DNA of 46,188 nucleotides, counting the filler, from Sphacelaria rigidula (taxonomy: Eukaryota): NCBI GenBank assembly GCA_964200075.2. It is 2 parts of 2 records of this genome, joined end to end, with 100 filler letters (N's around TTAATTAATTAA, not from the genome) between each part and the next. Parts side by side here need not be neighbours in the genome. Positions count along the whole stretch, not along the records: positions 1 to 23,046 come from CAXNAA020000289.1; 1 more part is not named here. One strand, given 5' to 3'. The position numbers and the translations under genes are program-made. The notes under the pieces are model-generated. The model had not been told where the DNA came from. It did not search any database and saw only the letters and a program-made list of their open reading frames with translations. Position 1 is the stretch's first letter. Each line of letters starts with the position of its first letter. Below are positions 1 through 13,036 of the stretch, one piece after another.

Positions 1-143
1 CCGGACAAATGGCTGGGTCGGCGTAAGGTCCGCCCCCCCCCCCCCCACCCCCCCCCCCCCCCGAGCTCTGGAAACCCCCGGATGCCTCGGAACTGTCAGC
101 CTGTACAACTGTTCCGAGGCGACGCTCGTCGTCCAAGGGTTAA
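1..143 (+). mobile_element. 3' end of piggyBac-like non-autonomous element (family A), truncated by window start
   Basis: AACTGTTCCGAGGCGACGCTCGTCGTCCAAGGG-TTAA (107-143) closely matches the right end of the 14622-15369 element (AACTGTTCCGAGGCGACACTCGCTGTCTAAGGG). It ends in GGG followed by TTAA. Confidence 0.7.
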
Positions 144-535
144 TGGGTTCCTCTCGGTAAGCCAATTTTGTCGTGTTCAAAGATAAGGCGATATTTCTTC
201 TGGGGGGTCGGAAATGCAGTCAAGCATGTCCCGAAACTCAATCTCGAAATTTCAAAATAAAATTCCAAAGCTTCGCGTGACCATGAAGAGGGACCAAAGA
301 AGATTTTTTGAGCGTTGTAAACTGTGGACCCGCTATACCGCCGGTTATATGTCGTTTTGCCTCCTCACACCACCTCAGCGGTATTGTGTATCAAACAAGT
401 TCATCCGCCAACACACACGCATGAGAGCAAACGTGTAATACAGATAGTACGCGTCAACGCTGGCACAGAATTTTTTGTGTTCACTTGAGAGTTCTAGAAT
501 CGGTCATGGTGTATCGAAGAGGTCAATTACATTCT

Positions 536-951
536 AACAATGGATTCTCGAAAATGGGGTTGAAAAAAATGAGGTTCAACTCAAAAACCGTGCTTTCCCT
601 GACCTAAATTCATGACAAATGACTTTCATATGGACCACCCCATCCCTCACGACCTCCCTCGAACTATTTCGGGGGATTTTTAGCCTTCTGTTCCCCCAAA
701 GGCTATGTGCGAAAGCACGATTTCTTGGCCAAAAAACGTATTTTTTTCACCCCGAAATCGAGGCAAAAATGTGCTTTCGCACATACTCTTCGGAGGAATG
801 GAAGGCTACAAATCTCCCAAAATAGTTTTTGGAAGGTCGAGAGGGATGGGGTTGTCCATATGAAAGTCATTTTTCATCAATTTAGGTCAGGGAAAGCACG
901 GCTTTTGAGTTGAACCTCATTTTTCAACCCCATTTTCGAGAATCCACTGTT
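536..951. repeat. Long imperfect palindrome / foldback (MITE-like), about 415 bp
   Basis: Left arm TGGATTCTCGAAAATGGGGTTGAAAAAAATGAGGTTCAACTCAAAAACCGTGCTTTCCCTGACCTAAATT is the reverse complement of right arm AATTTAGGTCAGGGAAAGCACGGCTTTTGAGTTGAACCTCATTTTTCAACCCCATTTTCGAGAATCCA. Pairing continues inward to about 720/765. Confidence 0.9.
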
Positions 952-2296
952 TTTTCATGAGATATTTTCCAGTTTCGTGTATTCGGGGCAATAGGTGGTG
1001 GGGAAAGTTCGGTGGGGGTGTTATCGGTTATCACCCATGTTTTTGGTCCGTGAAAACGTTTTTTGGCTATGTTGTAATGAAGTACTGGAAAAAAATAACG
1101 TGGCTGAGCGATGCGATTGGTCATACAGCGATCAGGATTGTTTCTATCGAGCGGAAGTGTTTGAGAGCCTGGGGAAGACCTGGGGATGTGATCTCAGAGG
1201 GCCCCCGACGATCGGTTCGCCCGTGTGTCGTTCAAAGATGACTGTAGAAATTGCGTTTTGAAATGTGTGTTGGGTAGTGTACTTTGGGGATATCCCTCAG
1301 ATGTCATTTTCTGGGATGAACCTTTCGTTGCGATACGCGTTAACCGTTGTTTTCAATCTTCTCATCGGAAATTCTTGGTTTGACTGTGTAGTGACAAAAT
1401 AGCAAGGGTGCATCGGCAAGTGCTGTACAATTTGGACAAACAAATACGGATGTTGCACGGGGACAGGTGCCGAGACGAGCGGCAATTTTACGTTAGCCCA
1501 ACCCGTATGTGTATACGCTATATTCACCTGATAGTTCCATTACCGTGGTCTCAAACGGTAACCGACAGGTCGTCTTTATAGCCATATATACGTGACTAAA
1601 TATACGCGTTCAGCGCGATTCATTGTAGGTTTTCATCGTAAGCCTATGAAACGCTAAATGTGTAATTTACGCGACTGAAAGGGCGAATATGACAACAGGA
1701 ACACATCTTGTATCCCTTACGGAGTGAAAAAAACAGTTGCTTCCTTGAACAAAATAGTCTTTGCACGGTTTGCGTGCACATTTCCCACTCCCGTTTTTCA
1801 ACTTTGTCCAAAGCTTGAGCAGCATTTTTCCACGGCCACGCAAGTTTTCGTCCCCCGTTTGGATTATGTGCACTCCTCGAAAATCGATACTGCTGCTTGT
1901 TTCTTGTTTCATGCAGCTTGACCCCTTGACCGCCTCGACACTGCGAACACCATAACGGCAGTGCGCTGTGGACGTGACCACTCTTTCCTTAGGGGTGATC
2001 ATGATATTAAAAAAAAAATGCGTGCTAGTACGCACACTTCAAGACGGGTGTGGAATGTAGCAAGTGTGCGAGAACCATTAATTATTTACGTACTGTTGTT
2101 TTCCCATTTTCCGGGAAAACAGGCGGGAAGCTTGCCAAAATCAACTCCACCGTTTTGAACGGACCAAAGGAGCCTGTGAGACTGTTGCGACGTTGTGAGG
2201 CTTTACACCTACCGAGTGCTGCCGGCGGCACATTTCCCTGAGCCGTACTCAGCGCGCTCTGCTGCTGCGTGTGTGCCTGTGTGCATTATAAAACAG

Positions 2297-5200
2297 GTTT
2301 GTAGACGAGTTGCGACACACCCGTTGCCCATGAGAGTGCTCTCTGTTACAGGGCACGGCGAATTTTTCAATGCCGGCGATCCCATCCCGAAGAGCGCTAC
2401 GCTAGTGGTCCAGGGCCCGGAGGACCCTTTGGTAAAGGGGTTACGACTAGCAGCGCTGTGCTCTGCGGCTTTATCTGAGAGGGCCCGACGGCGTAATGAG
2501 CAGGTCAAAAACTGATGTTCGCTGTACTGTCTGTTGCAGTGGCGTGTGCGTGTGTGTATTGTCTTCTCATCTATCCTGGACGTCCGTCTACACTCTTCCG
2601 GGCTATGTACGCGCATCAGTCGGGTTCACAACCTGTGCTAATCATATATATCAAGACAAGACTTCTCAGGTCAAAATATTATTGAGAAGCCCACCTGCCC
2701 CAAAAATGTCGGTCAGAAATTATTTTTCGTAAGCTCTAGTACAGGCTCTTTTTCTCACCACTGTGTTACCGCTGCCTGCTTGCTGTTGATAACGCGCTGT
2801 AAGGTCGCGGTGTTCCCGATCTACCCTCTTGTGCCAATACTTTTACCCTCGCTTGTAACGGAGCATGTTGCAGCAGCAAGTCTGCGAGTGCCATAATTTT
2901 CTACCGTCACGAGATTGTGTTGAACTCCTGACGCTTGCTCGAGAGTCAATCTTGACCACGTAGATTCTCCCACAGATGGTGGACGCAGTTCACGAGGCCC
3001 TGGGAAAGGATGGCGGCGGAGCCATGTGCGCCAGTGGCACGGGCGACGACAACGGGGGCGCAGGAAAGGAGTGGTGGACTAAGCTGTGTGCCAACAAGCA
3101 TCTCACGGAGGACACAAAGCTGAAGCGGGTACGCAATACGGTGTTCCCTCCACTTATATAGTCAAGCTTGCTCGTGTTGAGTGTGTTTGTAGTCTACCCC
3201 CATGCTGCTGCAGGATCGCGTGATCAATTCATGTCGACGTGCGAAATACCCGCCTACCGCGAGTCCCGGATCAGACATGAACGCTTTCACCCTTTCCAGT
3301 AAAAGCTTGCGAAAAGGGTAGCTGTGCATTTCACCTTGTCATTTTCATGGCCCTTGTCCTACCTCTCGTGTCTTGCTGTGCGCAATAGGTCCGAGACGGG
3401 GAACCTTTGGGAACAGTTGCCGACGGCGTAGAATGGGCATTGCTGGAGGTCATACGGGCTAGAAACGGTAATGCTTCCGCCGCAGGCTCCTCTTGCAGGT
3501 GTGTTCGGTTGCTTGGAAGGTACCATGAAATGTTCAACTGTGGAACGTACAAACGATATTTTGCAGTGGTAAATATTTAGTTTAGCACTCGAACATGTAA
3601 GCTACCACGGCTGTGTAGCTCAATATGCGTACTTGTCACGACTCGAAGGCGCACCCCGTTTGTCTGTTTTTTACGATGATTCAATCTCCTGGTTATCCAA
3701 AGTGTTGTATACTTTTGTGCTGGTTCGCTTGTACACATTTTGCTCAAAATCCTCTGCTCGGAGCTATGCCGCTTCAGCTCACAGGGCTTTCCACGATGTC
3801 TACTGGTGCCTGTAGCCCGCTTCAAGCTCGCTTCTACACATGATGGCCGTCGCAGAAACACGGGTTGCCGACACAACACCATCTCCAAAAACGATGCTCT
3901 TCCCTTTTGATTCATCTTGTCTCAACATGCTGATGAAGCTACAGGGGCAACGATGATGTTAAGATTTTGGTGAGGGTGGCGCGACAGTGGGCCCAGTGTC
4001 TTACCTGGAGCCGCGTGGCTCATGGGTCTTGGAGCCACGAGGAGATCACGACCAAGCTTCTCAAACACGGTGTTCCGCAAGTTGATGTGAGTCAGTTCAC
4101 AAGATTATTCCAGCTACGTTCCCGCGTTCATGCTACTCACGCAAGGCGCTAATCTGGTTGCTTTTGTTGGGTAGGAAAATGTCCTGAGTTCACCATCTGG
4201 ACCGATATAATCATCCTCAATAGTACGATATACCTCTTCTAGTATACATGTCGAGCGTGGCTCCGGTGCAACGAACGCGCCAAAGATCCAGAGACACCCT
4301 GTCATGGTGTGGGCACCCTCTAATCTGTATCTTGTGATCGCCGAGGGAATCAACAACCGATACTCTTCACTACCAGGTGATCGTCAAGACTGTTGCTGAG
4401 CCAAGTACTCCTGTGGTTACCACAGAGAAATCATCCACAGCCACAGCCGTCAAGACCGCATCGAGAACGCCGTCAGGGTGTGCGGAGGAGCTGCCACAGC
4501 TCGGCGTGTCCGCAGTGTCAAGTATTGCCACATGTCACGACGCGAACGACACAGAGAGGGAGAGCGTAGCGAGCCATGATCAGTGCGGAAAAGGTTGTTA
4601 TAGTAGCGATGATGATGGCGGTGGTAGCCGCGCAAGAGACAGTGGCAATGGCAACGACAATGGCTGCAATGAGAACCAGGGTGTGTCTGTGTGGAGACCT
4701 GACGCTCGAGATGTTGGCATGAATCTAGCCCGTGTCTTCAGGGAGGAGGGTATAGCCGGAGCGGCGAGGGGCGCGGCCGCGGCCACGGCGAAACGCCTCG
4801 AGGTGCTGGCACGCTGCCATGCGCTTCTTCGTGCAGCTCTGCGAGATCTCATCGAGGGCCAGGTGATTTGTTTGGTGATCGATCAACCTGAAGTTCGATT
4901 ACTGTCTTGAGGTGCAATGTCAGCCCCCACTTTGGCTTGAGCTGAGGTGTGGTCTCGTCAAGATTGTCCGTCATGGAGGTGATGAACGCCACACACCTGC
5001 TCTCTTGGTATCTGAACGCCTCGTGTAATTTCTTTTTGGCCCATTCCATATGGACTGCACTCTACAACAGGCATCAATCCCCATGATGGAAGGTGTGAAC
5101 AGCTATGCTGTCGCAGAGGCACTATTAATTTGGCTGCAGGAAACGGTTGCTCCTCGCAGGGTGCTTGCGGACTGGGCTCGGAATAAGGAGGCCGTTTCTC

Positions 5201-7586
5201 AGGTAACGTTTTTGAAGGCTAGACTAAGCGCCGGATTCTCTTGCAATGCAAAAAGTGGGGCATGAGTGGAAAATCGCACAATACCGCCAATTTTTCCCGT
5301 GCGCCTCATGTTTTTTCCGGGAAGCGAATTCGGTGAAATCAAGTAAGAGAACTGCGTAGTTATACCTCTAAAACTGAAATTGATTTATTTGGGGTTTTTC
5401 ATAGGACAGGGGACAAGCACGTACGCTGTTTTCGAGATGATAGTACGGATTGGTCGCCACTCGGAGAGAAGCGTTGTGACTAAAATGACTTGATAGCTGG
5501 CTGAGTTTTGAAGTTGCCTGGAGACCACGCTGCTCTCAGAGTACTGGTGTAGAATAAGGTCAGTCCACCTAACGAGTTTTCTATCCACTTTACATCATTC
5601 CTACAGCTGATGCAGCTATTATAGAGGCCTCTATATTGCTCTTGCGGCGGTTTCGACAAATCTGTAAGATTTCTCTGTAAGGCGTAAGAAGGGTGGGTGG
5701 GTGTGGGGGGGGTTGTGCAGAAGCTGAGAGATGTACCACACCTTGTGCAATTCGTCCATTCTCATATTTGCCATTTCCCCCCCTACTTGTTGTCACACTT
5801 TCACGCCCCCCCTCTTCCTCGGGAGGGATTCGTAGTCTCTACGAATCAACCTTTATCTTTCTCTGCCTTGATGACTTCCATTTATGTGCTCCAAACGAAT
5901 AAGATTTGTGGACTCAGCCCTCAAGTTGTGCTTCTGTGCCAACACAAGTTGGGGTTTTACTTACGAACTCTTTCACGCAAACCGCCGCTTCAAAGTAACA
6001 TGATGGCCATATGTATGCCGAGGTAGCTCTGTAGCGTTACTTCCTCCCCCGTTCCCAGGTGCCTGGCGTTCCTGTGACTGTCCTGATCGCACCGTCTCGC
6101 CGAATGCTCACAAAAAATCATTTTGCATGGGTACACAGGTTGTCGGTTGCATTGCTCTGTCGATTGAGCGTGAGGCCAAGGTCTCCGAAGCCGTGATATC
6201 ATGGTTCAACAATGCGCGAGAGCAGCACGTCGTGGTCGGGTTCACCCCTCCTGAATTCTTGCGCGATTCGGTCGTTTCCGAAGCAGAATTCAACGACCTC
6301 AAGCGCGCGGAAGTTCAAGGGAAGAGGGAGACGGACGCCGCGGCGGTGCTGGTGTACCACACGCTCTACTTGGTGTTGCCTTGTCAGCCGGTGAAGTTTC
6401 ACTTCATATGGGGCCGGTTTATGCGCTTTTACTACGGCATGAGCCTTTATCAGTGAGTGGTGTCAGTTCACTTTACTCTGTCGTCGTCGATATAGAGAGT
6501 CATCAACTTTCTCCCATATTTTCCTGGTGGTTGTAGACGATCGTGATATCTTGTCGAGACGAACATTAGCGCACTACAGTTTGCGGAGGTCAGCAGTCAG
6601 TGTCGACGGTAGACGAACGTCTCTGATAGTTTTCAAAACTTCGGTGGAGATTCCACAGGTGCGCAGTAGGGTTACTGCTGTCAATTCTGCAACGCGGCGT
6701 AATCTGATTGTCAGTCATTGATTGGCGCCTACTTAGCCCTTACCGGTCGTTGCAGGTCATGCGTTCTCCACACCCGCATTCCTAGTAAATACAAAAAGCC
6801 GTATCGATGCTGTGATTATTACCCAGGCACATCGCGAGCTACTACACGGAGGTGACTCAAAGACGAGGGAGTAGGGCTTGGTTCGAGAATAGCAGAAGTC
6901 CCACCACCCCGCAACAACAGCACCAAGAGCGACCACCAGGCGTCTCTCTTACCGTCAGTGGTACTAACCCCACAACCCCCCAGCCTCCCAACAGCGCGGC
7001 TGGAATCTCTACAGCGAGTGATCACCAACATGGACAAGAAGACGCTTCGTCGCGACAACCATCGCCGCCGTCGTCGCGCCATCAGGTAGCCCGGAACCTC
7101 GTGAAGGCTAGAGAGTTAGAGTACCGCCCGAGCTTCCGAGTTGCTACTTGGACTCCCCCCGCCCAACCACTCCTCACATCCGAGACGCCAGCATCAGAAC
7201 ACAACGCCCAACCACATCGACGGCATCAGCAACGCAATGCACGGCGGGAAGTAGCACAGCAGGAACCGCCACCCGCTTTATCTCCGATGGAGGCGGCCGT
7301 GGCCAACGAGTGTCTGGTGTCGCTTTTGGCTGCGTACGGTACGGCTAACCGCTTGGCCACGGGGCCCCAGGTGACCGCCGCCCTAAGTCGAGAGGGTTTC
7401 CCAGAGCCTGACGAGGCGCTAGCTTTGCTGAAGGATCCGAATGCTCTTCGGGGCAGAGGGGTTTGCGCGCGGCGGTGGAGGGAAAGGAGGGGGGCAGCGC
7501 TCATCAGGCACAGATGTCAAGATTCCTTGTTTGCCCTCGTGCCGCCTGAGGTGTATCGCTACATGCTCCGATTCCTTGCTTCCTGA
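2297..7586 (+). CDS. Multi-exon hypothetical protein (about 767 aa modelled; 5' end incomplete)
   Basis: GT-AG exons with compatible phases: 2297-2503, 2976-3128, 3389-3498, 3945-4086, 4377-4862, 5071-5202, 6139-6452, 6827-7586 (TGA). They total 2304 nt in one open frame. A further upstream exon is possible at 2123-2175. No family recognised. There are low-complexity S/T/D/G and P/Q stretches, and the C-terminus ends LVPPEVYRYMLRFLAS. Confidence 0.7.
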
Positions 7587-8941
7587 TCTGCGTCTTTTTT
7601 TGCATGGTCTTACGTACCAAGTGTATTCCACGGTCCATATTTGTGCACGGATAGCTCTTGGGAGGAAAGGATGCCATTCGGAGGGGGGGGGCGTACTCAT
7701 TTGTTGCTTGCTTCAGTCGTTTGACCATTGACCACGCATCCCTTTCGAGACGAAGCAAATGGAGCAGGGGGGGGGGCATTATGAGAGGTTTGGAGGCTAA
7801 GAATCATATGCTGTTCGAAATTAGATTTTCCTGAGACGCAAAATCGACCCTCTCGCGCGGACGTAGCCGGAGTGCTGGTTTAGCATCTGGAAACGTGAAT
7901 GGGCTCTGTTTTGTTCAATGAAGTATAGCGTGACGGTGAAAGAAGACTCTCGTGCTTCACTGGTTTGGCACTGAAGCGACGTTTTGTGCTTGTGCTGCTG
8001 TTTCCGCGATTGAGAACTTACTAAGATGTACTGTACCTTGATGGTCTGTGTTAAGTGTGTAGCAGAGCGTTGACGGGGGAAGATAGTGGTAGATGCGTAG
8101 GGTTGTGTGCATTTGCTTGGTTTGGTCTTTTTGCCTATGTGTCTAAAGTTCATGGCACTGAAAAGTGAAATAACGGCAGGGGCGGAGAATGCGGATGCGC
8201 TGTCGCGTATTTCAGAGTGATGTTACGCTAGGGGGGGGGGGGGCTAGAAGAACTAACTAGCAGGGCTCATGGGTGTGTCGGACAACCTAAATACTCGCGT
8301 TGCGTTTATATTCGGGTGAACACGGTGTCAAGTGGTATGGATGAGAGTGTCCATTGATAACAAGCGCGGTCGAACAAACGTGACTTCTGTCAAAAACGAT
8401 TTGAGGTGAAACTTCGTGACAGAAATTGCGTAAGATCCCCCCGCTCTCTCCCCCCGCTCTATCGTGGTATCACTCGTCACCCCCTTGATATCTCATCTAC
8501 GGACACAGAAGATGCGATACGTGACACGAATGCTGAACCGCACAACATAGCCCAAAAAAATTATATATGAAGCTTGCCAGGAGAAAACCACCAATAAGAC
8601 ACCATTCTGCTAGCTTTTCCTGTGGCTACGATTCCGCCCGACTCAAGACGGACCGTGTGGCGCACACAGGTGGCGGAGTATATGGGGAAACATGGGCGCA
8701 TTCTTCACAAACCAATCGACTTCGTCCAGTCGTTTCGTAATGTTCTGCTCTGGGCCCTCCACCAAACATGTGTTACTGCCCTGGACTTTTTACAATAAAG
8801 TTGATGACTCTCGAACCAGAAGGCGCCGAAAATACTACGCTTTCCCACCAGAAGCGACATGGGTCGTGGGCAGAAGTTTCGCGCCGTCAATGCATGTCTT
8901 TCATCTGAATCATGCTGCATGACTGGTTGGACATCGCACGA

Positions 8942-9052
8942 TTAACCCTTTGACCGCGAGGGTAGAGGTCACCTGCTGGATCGGCACCAATTTCACTTTG
9001 AAAAAGTATGTGTGATCCATATGGACAACCCGCATCGCGGTGTAAGGGTTAA
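8942..9052. mobile_element. Tiny piggyBac-like MITE (family B), 103 bp plus TTAA TSDs
   Basis: TTAA|CCCTTTGACCGCGA ... TCGCGGTGTAAGGG|TTAA. These are 14-bp imperfect TIRs with CCC/GGG ends and a TTAA duplication. Confidence 0.75.
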
Positions 9053-9295
9053 GAGCCATCCTACGGTAGGGGGGTATTTCGAGCCACTTCTTGCACGAAA
9101 TCCCAATTCAAAATACCGTTGAAAGCAGCAACAACGGTTGATCGAACGAGCTTGGCATAAATATAACACTCAACTCATACTACTTGACATCGTTTCTAAC
9201 TAAATACAAGTGCACCGCAAGTAGCGTGGCAGCAGGTCGTCTGACACACCCATGAGCCTCTTTTTTCGTGCAATCAATTACCCCCCCCTCCCATC

Positions 9296-9620
9296 GTAGT
9301 GTGTCATCAATGGTGAGGCACCCATGAGGCAGCGTATAATAAGCCGTGGCTGTCCAGGAAGTGGCGATACCAGAAAATGAAGCAACTCATTGGAGGCTGT
9401 CATCCAAATGCAAGATAAATCAGTGCGCTTCGGGCCGAACAATCTTAGCAGGATGCAGCTCACCCTTCATGCGCCTCGCCGAACACACCACGGCGCTTGG
9501 TGATCGAGTGCGAGCCTGGTCCGGCAAAAACCCGGCGTGCTCCGTCCCGGCATTGTAGGGATACGAGGCCAGTGGTCTCATGACTATGGCATGCATGACT
9601 ATGAGTACACCCTCCCACCG
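9296..9620 (+). repeat. Dispersed repeat, copy 1 (inverted relative to 17633-17959)
   Basis: GTGGCGATACCAGAAAAT, GGATGCAGCTCACCC and GGCATGCA...ATGAGTACACCC recur as reverse complements at 17633-17959. Confidence 0.8.
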
Positions 9621-11582
9621 TAGTAGGATGACTCTTAGAACTGACGTGCCACGAATCTCGCCGTGGTCACGACAGAAAGAACCCACGGCAGATGGACGAA
9701 AAGTCGCCGGAGGAAACTCGAGGAAAGAGCAAAATGAAGGGGAAAATTGAGCGAACGATGAAAAGGAACGGGAAAAATGGAAAGAGGAACGCAGGAAATG
9801 TACGTCAGGCTCAAATCTAGTATTACCACGGGTTCCTCGAACATTCCCGCAGGTTCTACAAGTGCTTCAGGCCAGGCCATGCAAAAAAACTGATGTGGGG
9901 GAAGAGATTGCGACCCTGCTACAAGCAAAAGAGAAAAAACTCCTGTGTTGGCCATCCCGCTCTATGATTCCGGCTGTTGCGCCCACATATACCGAAAGGT
10001 GCCGACCGGCGTTCAGAATAAATAGGACGGCAGCAACACACACACTAATGATTTGGTTCAGTTTGTCATTAATCGGCTTTGATTTTTAGTACTACTGTAA
10101 TCATTTGGACTCCGTGCTCTCCAGCGTCTCCCTCGACCCGTTGTTCCTGTCGTGTCGCTGAGATGTACGTAGGGGGTGGGAAGGGTTTGGTCTCCACCGC
10201 ACTTGGGCATGCATGTCCGCCTTGAGAACTCAATCGTCGTATGGATGTCTAGCGTTTTACAACTTGACTCGCAGGCTTGCGTTCTCGGGTCGAAGCCCAC
10301 CCACGACCGACGGGTAGTAGAAAAATTGGGGGGAACACATAATAATAAGAACATCTTCGGAGATTTAATCGACGAAGATTGTCACAGGAAGGTCGGTTGC
10401 GCCGCTTCCTCTCATAGATAACACTGCACTGCTGCTGCCCTCTACTCTGTGAGCTGTTACGATGGCGTGGATGGTGCTGGACTTTCCAATACTCCTCTTC
10501 TCCGCATTTTTTTCGGTCATGTTGGATTTGATTTCGCGAGTAATGCATGCCAGCACGGCTGTGCACAAGGTCCTGAAGAAACTTGATCGTGGCAAGAGAA
10601 GGGTGAGCTTGAGGCGAGAGCTGAGAGGGCAGATATCAGATATAGTAACTGAATGCGGGTGTCGTGCCGCATCGGTACTGATCGAGGTCGTACTTGCTTG
10701 CACCTTTGATTTCACATTCGTGCGTTGTCAGCCACACGCATATGGCGATACATATTCTACGCTTACAAATCGCGTGCACTAGATACGAGTCACTGTTTCC
10801 CATCAGCTGTTGCATTGTTACCAATCCCCCGTTGCTGCTGACAACAAGATATACCGTGATCTCGGCTGCCGGGGTCGCCCAATATCACAATCTCCCCAGT
10901 ATAGTCGTAGCAAGTCAGTATCTTCGCAGGAAAGTGCTAACCGTTTGAACGCCAGGGTGGGTCATCTGTTGTATTGTCATCATTTTCACTTGGATAGTGA
11001 GTGTGAGGGGGTGTCTTCGAAAAGGCCACGAGTACAGACTGGTTCACGTCTCACCTAAAATTGTGTCGTCAGGAAATGCCTTTCGCAACTCCTACCCAAT
11101 AGTCGTATACATGATATCATACTGACCGCCATGGACAGCTGAAGAGCGTGGCACATCCGGATTTGTGTTTGAGGCCATAGTGGTGGCACGAAGGGCGAAA
11201 ACGTACCTCGACCAATCAGCGTCTTTCAAATTGTTCTAAAATCTAAAATACGAATTCCAAGCCCAAGTTCCACCCAATTTCCACATGCTTCAAATCGTGG
11301 TAATCGCCATCAGCTTGGGAATCTGACGGGAAAAAACAGATTTGAGAACGGTTACTACGGGGTCGAATTATACCCGAAACTGTGGTGTTTCGGTGATGTG
11401 AGGTTTTGTCGTCGTCTAATTTCCACTCATGAACCACACGAAAGACTCAGGGAGCCTTGTAATGGTTTCCCGTATATCTGTCGTAAAAAAGATGAAAGTG
11501 CCCTCAAACTTGGCAGTTCCGTAGATACTGATGATTCGAATGTAACTATTGTATTCTTGACAATATTTCAAAGTTTCTCCGC

Positions 11583-11628
11583 TACCGCCTTCCGGGGATC
11601 CCAGGGTGAAGACCCCCGGAAGGCGGTA
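11583..11628. repeat. GC-rich hairpin with perfect 15-bp stem
   Basis: TACCGCCTTCCGGGG-N16-CCCCGGAAGGCGGTA, with an A-run about 11 nt downstream. Confidence 0.7.
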
Positions 11629-12001
11629 CAGAATGCCTGAAAAAAAAAGATGCGTCCAACCAATCCCGAAATAACCCCCCCACAAAAAGTGCACCCGAGA
11701 CCGTCCGACAAACCGGCTGCGATCCCAGTATTGGGCTCGTGTGCAGTAATTTCAACCACATAAGAGGTGTGTAGCAGTCCGAAATCAGCTATAACGCCCC
11801 AATGAGTCCCGTCGTGCAGCACGAAACCAGCTCGAACGGCATTTATGATCATCGCGTCCGTGAATTATTTTGGCCGGTACGGGGAGGGGGGGGGGGCTAT
11901 CTTAGCAGCAGTCGTCCCGGGGTAGTCCAAGGAACATATGTACAAAGTTTGGTCGATAAACACGAAAACCTCATACAGATTTTTTCGACTTGACGTTGTA
12001 A

Positions 12002-13036
12002 ACCTTTTGGGACCGACCCCCCACTAACACAGAGTTGACCCCATTTTAGCGAAACAATAAAAAATAGGTCTTCGAGCGACCTGCCCAATCACGGCGAGGC
12101 GAAATTCATCGGCCAGACCCGAACGACCAGCGCGGGGAATGTTGGCGAGTATGATGCCGCTGCAAAGATCGTGTGGGGGCCCTATCCCAGGCCCAGATGA
12201 GCCTCCCCAGGTTTCCAAGTACAAGGCGGTCGGAGCTGGGTTTTATGGTATTACTTGCACTCAGTATAGCGTTCCCGAGTTCGTCCGGAGTTTTTTTTTG
12301 TCACAATTCTATACTAAAACGTAGTAATTACACTAACATAGGGTGGAGAGGGGAAAACCGGGAAGGAGTGTACATGCCACAATGTGGTCATTTTCACGAG
12401 GCACAAAAACCAGGTGGGCCGTGGAAAGACAAAAGGAGCTACCGTCATGAGTTCTGCTTATCTCTCTGCCGATGACTTGCAGTGTGCAGTGAACATATAT
12501 GTAGTGGATGGGGATGAAGAAGCTGAATATAGGCAGTTGATCTCGGTAGCTGAAAACTGCCCAGAACGTCTGCGTGAGTATGCCGCTGCAGCCGCGACGG
12601 CGATCGGGGAGGCGTACTATTATACACTGTACTGTACTATACTGTGTGCATGCGCGCCGCAACGCTGATACCCTTCGAAGAGAATTTGCCGCATGCAACA
12701 AAGAGGGAAATTGCGGCCCACCCCGACCACAAATGGCTGTGTGGCGAAGTGATGGGAACAAAAGTATCATCCAAAGCCACNNNNNNNNNNCCCGCCGGTC
12801 GCCGCATCCTGTTGGAAGCTCTCCACCGCGACCCATACTGCTTGCTACATCAGATGAACACCACCTAATGCGCACCCTGCACCTGAAAATAGATTGGATA
12901 AAACTTTCAGTCTTCGTCATACCCCTGCAGTTGCACACGCGGATTTTCATCAACACATCACTGTTTCGTGCAGACTTCAGACACGTCATTCCTAACCAGC
13001 CGCATTGGTCGTTCTGGAGGCCCGGTCCCGAAAGGG
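12002..13036. mobile_element. Possible degenerate piggyBac-like element (contains the N10 gap)
   Basis: ACCTTTTGGGACCG at 12002 versus CGGTCCCGAAAGGG ending at 13036 (12/14 inverted match). The flanks GTAA/TTGA are only TTAA-like. Confidence 0.3.
12781..12790. other. Assembly gap (10 N)
   Basis: Run of 10 N. Confidence 0.99.

Noticed and set aside
10229-10310. tRNA or tRNA-derived SINE head (GGGTCGAAGCCC B-box-like)
   Set aside because: I could not build a convincing cloverleaf. tRNAscan-SE would be needed, and it is at most a decayed relic.
10249-10950. Possible decayed transposase fragment on the minus strand
   Set aside because: Several overlapping ORFs, but no catalytic or DNA-binding motif I could name.
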